Below are positions 41,156 through 49,687 of a stretch of 64,000 nt of DNA, in pieces. This DNA comes from an uncultured Chloroflexota bacterium (GTDB lineage: Bacteria > Chloroflexota > Dehalococcoidia > Lucifugimonadales > GCA-002694895). Under the pieces are notes generated by a model that was not told the DNA's origin, did not search any database, and saw nothing but the letters and a program-made list of their open reading frames with translations. The DNA is taken from contig CAJWSY010000002.1 in the NCBI GenBank assembly GCA_913045935.1, forward strand, positions 19,181 through 83,180, written 5' to 3'. A program made the position numbers and the translations under genes. Each line of letters starts with the position of its first letter. Within the stretch, counting starts at the first letter, position 1.

Positions 41156-42187
41156 TTATTTATTTTTATTTTTAATTAAATCTTTGGCGTAAGTAAACAA
41201 ATTAGGAGTACCACCGCTATGAATAAATATTATATTATCTTTGGGAGAAAATTTGTTGTTATTTACATGTTCTATAAGACCACTCATAGATTTAGCAGTA
41301 TATACAGGATCTAAAAAGATAGATTCTGTTTTTGCTAATAATTCAATTGCTTGAATACTTGATTTTGTTGAGATTCCGTAGTCTTTACCAACGAAATTAT
41401 AATCATAATTTATATCCGAAGAATCTAGCTTTAGATTTAAATTAAGCAACTTGGCAACATTGTTCCCATTTTTTATCCCTTCTTTTTGCATATCTTTTTT
41501 TGAATTATACAGGTAAGGAGAAATAGCGTTTATTTCCCAATCTAAGTCACAATGTTTTTTGAATATTGATAAACCTATAACCGAATTCCCGGCAACTTGA
41601 TATATTTTAATATTTTGTAAATTTAATTTGTTTATTTGGTGTAATAATTCTAGTGCTCCAGAAATATATCCTATGATTGATGAATGTTTTATAAATTCTT
41701 GCTTGGGTCTAATGTATGGTTTATGTCCTTTTAGTATTAATTTCTTACCTAATTCAATACAATAATTTTCAATTTCCTCTTCGCTATTTGAATCTATTTC
41801 ATGGATTTCGACATTCATAAGTTTTTGTAATAAATAATTTCCTTGATTATCATTTTTATGACTAGAGCTCATAACATTAATATATTTTATTCCTGCTTTT
41901 ATGCATGCAGCTGCGTTAATGCGAGAATTATTTGAAATTTTCTGATCACTATTGATAAAAATGTCATATTTATTTTTTAATATATCTCCAATTCTGAATT
42001 CTAGGTGTCTAACTTTGTTTCCGCCGTAAGCCAATCCTGTTAAATCGTCTCTTTTAATATAAATATTTTGTACTTTTAAAGCTTTTTCTAGGTTGGGACA
42101 TTTTTGTAAAGGGGTAGGGAAGTATCCTAAATTAAATTTTGGTAATTTATTTATTTCTCGTTCTAAATACCTAAGTTTAGCGTTCAT
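41156..42187 (-). CDS. PLP enzyme of the D-cysteine desulfhydrase/ACC deaminase/L-cysteate sulfo-lyase family (divergent)
   Basis: PTPL, KRDDLTG.A.GGNKVR, QGN, G.DYG, LDPVYT.K, HSGG.P. Confidence 0.85.
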   Translation of the reverse strand: MNAKLRYLEREINKLPKFNLGYFPTPLQKCPNLEKALKVQNIYIKRDDLTGLAYGGNKVRHLEFRIGDILKNKYDIFINSDQKISNNSRINAAACIKAGIKYINVMSSSHKNDNQGNYLLQKLMNVEIHEIDSNSEEEIENYCIELGKKLILKGHKPYIRPKQEFIKHSSIIGYISGALELLHQINKLNLQNIKIYQVAGNSVIGLSIFKKHCDLDWEINAISPYLYNSKKDMQKEGIKNGNNVAKLLNLNLKLDSSDINYDYNFVGKDYGISTKSSIQAIELLAKTESIFLDPVYTAKSMSGLIEHVNNNKFSPKDNIIFIHSGGTPNLFTYAKDLIKNKNK

Positions 42188-43324
42188 TTATTTCGCCCAC
42201 CAAATATTTGGTTTTTTTCTCTTACCAAAATATCTATCTAAAAAAATCAATATTTTTCTCAACGGTGTATTTGATATACGAAACCCAATTTTATGAATTA
42301 ATTTATTGAAATCTTTATTGTAAGGACAAACCCTTATGCAAATAGTACAGTCACTACTTTGCGATGCCCAAAATTTAAAACATTTTTCTGCATTAACCGA
42401 CCATTTTTTTATTCCAGTGATATTAGACATATTAATTTGTTTAAAAGAAGGTTCAGAACTAGATATCGCCCTAGGAGGACATTCATTAGCACATCTTTGA
42501 CAAATTGAACAATAATTTTTAACACCAAACGATATTGGTTTATCATGCTCTAAAGGTAAATCAGTAAAAATTTTAGATATTCTTACACGGGGTCCAAATT
42601 TTTTTGTTATCAATAATCCATTTCTAGCATATTCACCCAAACCTGCTTCGATAGCTAGAGGTATTGATAAAGCAGTATCATTTTGACTTGCAACTGCTTT
42701 GTATCCTAAATTTATGATGTATTGCGCTAAAGATAATGCTGATGATAAATCATTAGAATATCCTAATCCTGTAGCTGCTCCACTTAATGCAGAGGGTGCA
42801 GTATCAATTAAGTCTTTATCCATTTCATTGGCAATAACAATTACATTTTTTAATTCCGGATCTAGTTCGTTTTTTAATTCAATGTTCTTATCTCTATTAT
42901 ATTTATGAGAATAAACCCAATCTTTATTGAATTTAGTTACTCCAACTAAATCAGCTCCTAATTTTTTTGCGACAATTTTTATTTCTTTGGTTAGTTGAGT
43001 TGTAGATTTAATTTTGTATTTTTTAAATGTTCCTTTTTTTTGCACAGAAAAATAATCTGTAAAACCTTCTGCTCTTCCATTGTTTTTATCAGAATTTGAA
43101 AAAAAATCAGACATAAACCAACCAGAATTTCTAAAAGCGTAATCCTTATGACTGAAACCCTCGGGTCTTTTTTTATCTTCTGGTGGTTTTACATAATCTT
43201 GATAAAATTTTGTAGTTTTATCACTTTTAATAGAGTTATCCCAAAGAGAACGATTAAAAATATCATTCTTTTGATTAAATCTTTTAAATTTGGTTTTATC
43301 AATTATTTGATCTTGTTTTTTCAT
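42188..43324 (-). CDS. Reductive dehalogenase-like cobamide/2x[4Fe-4S] protein without TAT signal (start reassigned to 43324)
   Basis: RFNQKND, K..AK.LGADLVG....WVYS, GY, PLAIEAGLGEY.RNG.LIT..FGPRVR, TDLPL..DKPI.FG, CxxCxxCxxxCP and C-x10-CxxCxxxCP. Confidence 0.88.
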   Translation of the reverse strand: MKKQDQIIDKTKFKRFNQKNDIFNRSLWDNSIKSDKTTKFYQDYVKPPEDKKRPEGFSHKDYAFRNSGWFMSDFFSNSDKNNGRAEGFTDYFSVQKKGTFKKYKIKSTTQLTKEIKIVAKKLGADLVGVTKFNKDWVYSHKYNRDKNIELKNELDPELKNVIVIANEMDKDLIDTAPSALSGAATGLGYSNDLSSALSLAQYIINLGYKAVASQNDTALSIPLAIEAGLGEYARNGLLITKKFGPRVRISKIFTDLPLEHDKPISFGVKNYCSICQRCANECPPRAISSSEPSFKQINMSNITGIKKWSVNAEKCFKFWASQSSDCTICIRVCPYNKDFNKLIHKIGFRISNTPLRKILIFLDRYFGKRKKPNIWWAK

Positions 43325-43326
43325 AT

Positions 43327-44397
43327 TCACATAAATAGAGTAATACATAGTAAACTTGATAGCCCTACTATTGTTGCTACTAATATTCCTACCAAAAATG
43401 GTTTTAAACCTAGATTTTTTAATGAATTTAAATCAGTAGTCATACCTACTGATCCCATAGCAATAATCAGTAAAAATTTTGATATTGAAGTTAGCTGATC
43501 TGTTATCCATTTCCAATTTTCTTCATTTATAAAAGATGTTGAATCAAATGACAAGTCCCCTAATGTTCTTATAATGCTCATTAAGAAAAATCCTAAAATA
43601 AACATAGGGACTAATTTTGATAAATCTTTTAAATTAATTAATTGATCATTTTTTGATGATGATTGTTTGTATAAAATTGTCATTAGAGGAATAACAAAAA
43701 CCATGCTAAGGTTTCTTACTAATTTTACGGTAATAGCATTTTTACCTACATTTTCAGTACCAAATGTCTCATCGTAAATGAACCCTGCTCCTGTGACTTG
43801 TGCAGTTTCATGAATAGAAGTACCTAGGAATAAGCCTGCATTTTTTTCTGTAAACTCAAGAATATTGGCTAGGAAGGGATAAAAAATCATGGCAATAAGA
43901 CCAAATATTGTTATAACTGTTATTGCATAAGCTATCTCTTCTTTTTTTGCATTTATGCCTGGAGCAGTTGCAACGATAGCAGAAGCGCCACAAATACTAG
44001 TCCCTACAGCTATTAAGACACCTAGTTTTGAAGGTAATCTTAATAATTTTGTAAGAAAGTAACCTGTTAATAATCCGGAAATAATACAAAATAATATTAT
44101 TGGCAATCCTGTAATACCCAATGAAAATATCTCTGAAATACTTAACCTAATTCCTAATATAACAATACCAATTCGAAGTACTTTTTTTACATTAAAATCA
44201 AGTCCGTCATTAAAAATATTTTTCACACCAAAAAATGTTTTTATTAATATTCCTAAGATTATTGCCAATAAAATTGAACTTATTAATGATTTATAACCAA
44301 TCAAATTATTAAAGAATTTTGCAGAATAAAATGAAATTAGAGCAACTAAAATCCCTAATAATAATCCTGGAATTAATTTTTTTATATTTTGATTCAT
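43327..44397 (-). CDS. YeiH/PSE family putative sulfate/sulfite exporter
   Basis: LRIGIVILG.RL, GTSICGASAI.A, GTSIHETAQV, VKLVRN. Confidence 0.9.
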   Translation of the reverse strand: MNQNIKKLIPGLLLGILVALISFYSAKFFNNLIGYKSLISSILLAIILGILIKTFFGVKNIFNDGLDFNVKKVLRIGIVILGIRLSISEIFSLGITGLPIILFCIISGLLTGYFLTKLLRLPSKLGVLIAVGTSICGASAIVATAPGINAKKEEIAYAITVITIFGLIAMIFYPFLANILEFTEKNAGLFLGTSIHETAQVTGAGFIYDETFGTENVGKNAITVKLVRNLSMVFVIPLMTILYKQSSSKNDQLINLKDLSKLVPMFILGFFLMSIIRTLGDLSFDSTSFINEENWKWITDQLTSISKFLLIIAMGSVGMTTDLNSLKNLGLKPFLVGILVATIVGLSSLLCITLFM

Positions 44398-44403
44398 AAT
44401 GTT

Positions 44404-45432
44404 TTAACTGTGAAGAAAATTTATTATATCGCCGTCATTAACTACGTATTCTTTTCCATTACCTTTTACTTTACCTTCTTTTTTGCATTCATTCCATGAC
44501 CCTAATTTTAGAAATGTATCAAATTCTATTACTTCAGCTCTTATAAATCCATTAGAAATATCAGAATGTATTTTGGATGCTGAAATCAAAGCCGTATCAC
44601 CTTTTTCAATCTCCCAAGCTCTAATTTCCTGATCTCCTGCAGTGATAAATATAATTTTACCCATACCCTCAAATAAAGCTTTTATTAAGTTATATTTTAA
44701 ATTTGCATCTATATTTAAACTTTCTCTAAATTCATTAGATTCAATTTCAGTTAATTCAGATAATTCCATCTCTAATTTAGATGGGTACAAAAAATTACTG
44801 CTATAATCTGTCAAATTCTCATTGCTTTCATTTTCTATTAATTCAGTATCTGAATTTAGAAGGACAAAGATTGGTTTTAAAGTTATTAAATTATAACCAG
44901 TTAATTTTTTCAGTTCTCCTTCTTTAAATATATATGAATTAAGAGCACTTCCATTTTCCAGGTGATTTTTCAGACTGTTTAACAATTCGATCTCAGTGTT
45001 TACAACTTCGATTTCTTGTTTAGTTTTACCCTTTGATGATTTTAATCTTCGTTCAATGATGTTTTCTATAATAATTGTATCTGAAACAATTAATTCAGTT
45101 ATAATTTGATTTATATCAGAAGTAATTATTGAATAGTTCTCAATTTCAAAACATTTGATCACTAATAAAATACCGTAAGATTTTTGTAAAGAATCTATTC
45201 CTTTTAGTTCTGTATTTTTAGAATTAAGTGTTAATATATCTAATTCTGTAAATGAAATTTCAGGATAAGTTAGTTTATCATGTCCAAGAAGTTTTCCAAC
45301 TTGTTTAAGTCTATTATCTTCTACTTTTATATTACAGTATTCAGGCAAAGTGTCATTATCAGATAAACTAAGTAGTGATTTTAAAAAAGTAGATTTGCCT
45401 GATTGAGGCAATCCTAAAACAGCTATATTCAT
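44404..45432 (-). CDS. YchF-like (DUF933) P-loop protein with degenerate G2/G3 motifs
   Basis: GLPQSGKST, LITLKP, TAG..E.RAW, IHSD...GFIRAEV, GKEYVV.DGDIINF. Confidence 0.82.
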   Translation of the reverse strand: MNIAVLGLPQSGKSTFLKSLLSLSDNDTLPEYCNIKVEDNRLKQVGKLLGHDKLTYPEISFTELDILTLNSKNTELKGIDSLQKSYGILLVIKCFEIENYSIITSDINQIITELIVSDTIIIENIIERRLKSSKGKTKQEIEVVNTEIELLNSLKNHLENGSALNSYIFKEGELKKLTGYNLITLKPIFVLLNSDTELIENESNENLTDYSSNFLYPSKLEMELSELTEIESNEFRESLNIDANLKYNLIKALFEGMGKIIFITAGDQEIRAWEIEKGDTALISASKIHSDISNGFIRAEVIEFDTFLKLGSWNECKKEGKVKGNGKEYVVNDGDIINFLHS

Positions 45433-45436
45433 TAAT

Positions 45437-46615
45437 TTATTTTTTAAGCACTTTAGCTATATTTTCACCAACTACTTTGTCTTCACCAGGATTTAATGCC
45501 CAAGGTACAAGTTTGATTGTGTTTTCCTCATGATTTTGTCCATTTCTAGTCCATATTGGAGTGTCTAGATCTTTTAGTTTTTCCACTAATTCTTCAGCAG
45601 AGATTCCTACTGTGTTTTCATCAATTTCTAATTTAACACCAAACGGTTGATTCCCGATGATATTATCTATGATTTCTGCGTTTACACCAGGAATGTTTTT
45701 TAAAGGTTCAAGCATAACCCTAGACTGCTCTTCAGCTATTGCTAATCTTTCTTCATGATTCATTGTTACCCATTCATGAACTGCAACTGTTACACCTATA
45801 ATTTCTTGTCTGTCCACTTTCATAGGTCTGCCAATTCCTCTTATTCTTCGACCTTCATATCCGGTGAATGATTGATTAGCAATTTTTTCAATCATCTCTG
45901 TTGTTCCTAGAGCTAATCCAACTGATTGTGATGCTCCCATATATTTTGCAGCAATTACTTGCGCATCTGCTCCCATTCGAACATATTTACCTAATATGTC
46001 TAGCGGATAAATTTGAGCAGCTGCATCAACTAAAACATAAATGTTATTCTTTTTTGCAATCTCTATAACTTTTTCTAAGCTCAAAGGGTTAGTTTGTATA
46101 TTATTTCCAACTACAGTTCCCGGAGACAGTTCATTAGCAACCCATAATACTCCTGCAGTATTTTCATTTATTGCACTTTCAAAATCAGATTCGCTTGCTG
46201 ATAATTCTTCTCCAAATTCAACAAGTTTTGCCCCTGAGACTTCCACACATCTGTCATACCAATATCTTTGACATTTTTGGATTAATATTTCGCCTTTCAT
46301 TCCAGAAGTGTCGGGTAGTTGTTGAATTAGATTGTCATCGTTTCCGGCCATAAAAGCTGCTCCAGTTAAAGCTAACCCAGCACCAGCTCCAGATGTTACA
46401 AAACCAGCTGGAACATTACAATATTCTGCAATTTTCTTGCCTACAACTTCTTGTAGATGTGGTAAATTTACATAAGCAGAATCTGCGCGATCCATAGCCT
46501 CTTTAACTATTGGTTTTGGAGTAGACCCTCCCAATAGCGTTACGCTACCAATTGCATTAATTATAGGTTTTGCTCCCATTTCTTTGTATATCTCACCAAA
46601 AATATCGCTTGCCAT
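45437..46615 (-). CDS. SelA-like PLP enzyme (DgaE-type), not a true selenocysteine synthase
   Basis: INA.G..T.LGGS, VTSGA.AG, VDAAA, K at the PLP site, IGRPMKV. Confidence 0.85.
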   Translation of the reverse strand: MASDIFGEIYKEMGAKPIINAIGSVTLLGGSTPKPIVKEAMDRADSAYVNLPHLQEVVGKKIAEYCNVPAGFVTSGAGAGLALTGAAFMAGNDDNLIQQLPDTSGMKGEILIQKCQRYWYDRCVEVSGAKLVEFGEELSASESDFESAINENTAGVLWVANELSPGTVVGNNIQTNPLSLEKVIEIAKKNNIYVLVDAAAQIYPLDILGKYVRMGADAQVIAAKYMGASQSVGLALGTTEMIEKIANQSFTGYEGRRIRGIGRPMKVDRQEIIGVTVAVHEWVTMNHEERLAIAEEQSRVMLEPLKNIPGVNAEIIDNIIGNQPFGVKLEIDENTVGISAEELVEKLKDLDTPIWTRNGQNHEENTIKLVPWALNPGEDKVVGENIAKVLKK

Positions 46616-46729
46616 TTTTTTTCTCCAATTATTAACATCTAATTAATCTAAGTAAAAGTGTAGAAAATATTTTAACTAAAACTTAATTTGTATTTAAATA
46701 CAAATATTTAATATGTTTTAAGTTTTGAA

Positions 46730-47584
46730 TCAAATATTGATATTATTAAGTACTTCTTTAACCGATCTTGATTTATTTAAAGAGTAAAAATGTATCCCAG
46801 GGATGTCATTGTTTAACAATTCATTGATTTGCATTGTTGCAAATTCTATTCCAAACTTAGTTGTTTCTTCATCATTGTTTATTGAATTTTCGAGTTTTTT
46901 ATTTAATGAATCTGGAATAGAAGCACCACATAAATTTGTGAATTTTCTTATTTGCCTTGTACTAGTTATAGGCATTATTGCAGGGATTATTGGAATTGTA
47001 ATTCCTAATTTTATAGCTTTTTCTCTAAATGAAAAAAAATCACTATTATTGAAAAACAACTGCGTAATGAAAAAATCTGCTCCTTTGGATTGCTTTAATT
47101 TTGTAAATTTCAAATCATCATTTTTAGAAATAGATTCAGGGTGAGATTCAGGATAACAGGCAGCTGCAATGCAAAAATCATCAGAATAGTTTTTTATTAT
47201 TTCAATTAAATCAGTGGCATGATGAATTTCTTTTTTCAGATCATTACTATTATTTGGTATATCACCACGTAGAGCTATAATATTTTCTATATTAGATTTT
47301 TTATATGCACTTAACATCTCAATTATTTCACTTTTTGAATGAGTTATGCAGGTTAAATGCGACATTACTTCTGTAATTTCTGATTCTTTTGTTTTTTGAG
47401 ATATTTCTAAAGTTAATTTTCTCGTACTACCACCTGCGCCGTATGTAAAAGACACAAAATCAGGATTGAATTCAGATAAATCACTTATTGTTTTATTTAA
47501 ATTTCCTAGATTTGACTCAGTTTTTGGAGGGAAAAATTCAAAGGATAAAGTTTTTTTCTTGTTTATTATATTTATAATTTTCAT
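46730..47584 (-). CDS. metF: Methylenetetrahydrofolate reductase
   Basis: SFEFFPPK, TYGAGGS, HLTC, ALRGD, YPE.HP, ITQLFF, HFYSLN. Confidence 0.96.
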   Translation of the reverse strand: MKIINIINKKKTLSFEFFPPKTESNLGNLNKTISDLSEFNPDFVSFTYGAGGSTRKLTLEISQKTKESEITEVMSHLTCITHSKSEIIEMLSAYKKSNIENIIALRGDIPNNSNDLKKEIHHATDLIEIIKNYSDDFCIAAACYPESHPESISKNDDLKFTKLKQSKGADFFITQLFFNNSDFFSFREKAIKLGITIPIIPAIMPITSTRQIRKFTNLCGASIPDSLNKKLENSINNDEETTKFGIEFATMQINELLNNDIPGIHFYSLNKSRSVKEVLNNINI

Positions 47585-47614
47585 TTGGTTATGGATTATT
47601 ATATATAATATTTT

Positions 47615-49096
47615 TTATATTTTAGGCTTTAAATTTTGCCATGGTTTTTCTTGCTCAATAATTCTTGATGCTTGCAAAATAGACAGTTCATCCTCTTTAT
47701 CACCTACAATTTGAAGACCAACGGGCATATTATTTTGTGTGAATCCACTTGGTATACTTGCACCAGGGTTGCCACTCCAATTAAATAATGCTGTGTATTG
47801 TTTGTAAGCTAAATTCCATGAAGAATAATCCATTTCATTACTTACAAATTTATCTTCTTTTGTCATTTTAACAATATTTAATTTATTATTTTCTATAATA
47901 TGTTTTTCATTGCATTTGTTAGCGGTAAAACCAACAGTGGGTGTAGCAATCAAGTCATATTTTTTAAATATTGATGATATATAGGATCTTAGCTCATATA
48001 GTTTTGTCAGCGCATGTATATATTGCTCGGAACTTATATTTTTGCCTCTTTCTATTGTATTTCTTACATGAGGCATTAATTTAGAAGGGTCTTTTTCAAA
48101 AAATATTTTATTGTTTGCATAGTTAAGAGCGATAGAAAGTACTGAATCTAATTCTTCGTACTCATTAAGATCAATTTTAAAATCTAAATCTTCAATTATA
48201 GCGCCATTATTTTCGAGTAATTTTAATGCTTTAGCGTTGATATCAATCACCTCTTGATCAGCTATTCTAGTATTTAGATTTTGTGACCACCCAATTTTTT
48301 TTCCTTTTACTCCATTATCAATATGTTTCAAATAATCAGGTGATGGTTTTTCAATAGTGTTTGGCTCTGCTTCTATATGAGTCCCTGACATTACTTGAAG
48401 TAAAAGGGCACTATCTTTAACAAACCAACTCATAGGACCTACGCAAGAATAATTCACAGGATGCCAACTCATTTTCCCTGAATGCCTCCTAGGAACTCTT
48501 CCTTGTGTGCCTTTTATTCCATATATACCTGAAAAAGATGACGGAATTCTAATTGAGCCTCCACCATCTGATCCTTGTCCAAAAGGGTGGACTCCCGAAG
48601 CAACTGCAGCTGCTGTACCTCCACTTGACCCCCCGGATGTATGATTTAAATTCCAAGGATTTCTACAATCATCACCTAACTTGTTTTCAGTTCCCCCACT
48701 TGCTCCAAATTCAGGAACATTAGTTTTTCCAAGAATAACTCCGTCTTCTTTTTTAATTCTTTCTACATGTAACTGATCAGTTTTAGATATATCGTTTTCT
48801 AAGAATAATGAACCTTTGGTAGTTCTATAGCCTTTTACAGCTTCTAAATCTTTAATTGAAGTAGGAACACCACCTAATAATCCGACGGGTTCTTTATTTT
48901 GAATTTTTTTATCTACAAGTTTAGCTGATTCTAAAGCCAAATTTTCTGTGACAGTTATGAAAGCATTGGTTTTGTGATTTGTTTCTTCAATTCTTTCTAA
49001 TGCTAATTTTGTTAATTCTACAGCAGATAATTCTTTTTTACTTATTAATGATTTCAGTTCTATTGCTGATTTATATAACAACTCAAATTTTTTCAT
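47615..49096 (-). CDS. Amidase signature family enzyme
   Basis: IKDL, GKTNVPEF, GGSSGG, GSDGGGSIRIP. Confidence 0.93.
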   Translation of the reverse strand: MKKFELLYKSAIELKSLISKKELSAVELTKLALERIEETNHKTNAFITVTENLALESAKLVDKKIQNKEPVGLLGGVPTSIKDLEAVKGYRTTKGSLFLENDISKTDQLHVERIKKEDGVILGKTNVPEFGASGGTENKLGDDCRNPWNLNHTSGGSSGGTAAAVASGVHPFGQGSDGGGSIRIPSSFSGIYGIKGTQGRVPRRHSGKMSWHPVNYSCVGPMSWFVKDSALLLQVMSGTHIEAEPNTIEKPSPDYLKHIDNGVKGKKIGWSQNLNTRIADQEVIDINAKALKLLENNGAIIEDLDFKIDLNEYEELDSVLSIALNYANNKIFFEKDPSKLMPHVRNTIERGKNISSEQYIHALTKLYELRSYISSIFKKYDLIATPTVGFTANKCNEKHIIENNKLNIVKMTKEDKFVSNEMDYSSWNLAYKQYTALFNWSGNPGASIPSGFTQNNMPVGLQIVGDKEDELSILQASRIIEQEKPWQNLKPKI

Positions 49097-49103
49097 ATTT
49101 TAA

Positions 49104-49568
49104 TTATACACTTCCTTCAAAATTTAATTGCTTCCAAGATTCGTAAACTATTATTGATACAGCATTTGACAAGTTCAAACTTCTGTTATTTGGAACCATG
49201 GGTAATTTGAAAATATTTTCTTTTGGTATTGAATTTAAAATTTCTTTGTCTAAACCAACTGATTCACTTCCAAATAATATAGCATCATTTTTTTTGAAAT
49301 TAATCTTTGTATATAATTTTTCACCTTTTGCCGTAGTTCCTAATATTCGGTTAGGTTTTATGATTTTAATAAAATCATAAAATGAATTATGAATATTTAA
49401 GTTGGCAAGATCATGATAATCTAATCCGGCTCTGATTAAATTGCTGTTAGACAAATCAAAACCTAATGGTTTTATTAAATGTAAATAATAACCTGAATTT
49501 GCACATAATCTAATTATGTTCCCTGTATTTGGAGGTATTTCAGGTTTGATTAAAACGATATTGATCAT
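49104..49568 (-). CDS. trmL: tRNA (cytidine/uridine-34-2'-O)-methyltransferase (start reassigned to 49568)
   Basis: PEIPPNTGNIIRLC, RAGLDY, FGSES.GL, RSLNLSN. Confidence 0.95.
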   Translation of the reverse strand: MINIVLIKPEIPPNTGNIIRLCANSGYYLHLIKPLGFDLSNSNLIRAGLDYHDLANLNIHNSFYDFIKIIKPNRILGTTAKGEKLYTKINFKKNDAILFGSESVGLDKEILNSIPKENIFKLPMVPNNRSLNLSNAVSIIVYESWKQLNFEGSV

Positions 49569-49687
49569 AGAATCACTTTTATAAAAGTAACTATAAATAA
49601 AAAAAATGTTATTATTGAGGATATACAACCATAAGGTTTGAACATTTTTATTTTCTCCTATAACATGAATTCAATTGAGGTGTAATT

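Noticed and set aside
42188-43324. QueG epoxyqueuosine reductase (a VUT transporter lies about 6 kb away)
   Set aside because: Motifs (WVYS, AGLGE..R, DKPI.FG, C-x10-CxxCxxxCP) are RdhA-type, and the QueG 'YA.G.DYH' and 'GCD.CQ' signatures are absent.
45437-46615. Possible selA supporting the selenoprotein
   Set aside because: At 392 aa it lacks the SelA N-terminal tRNA-binding domain and SelA-specific motifs; it matches the DgaE/SelA-like family instead.
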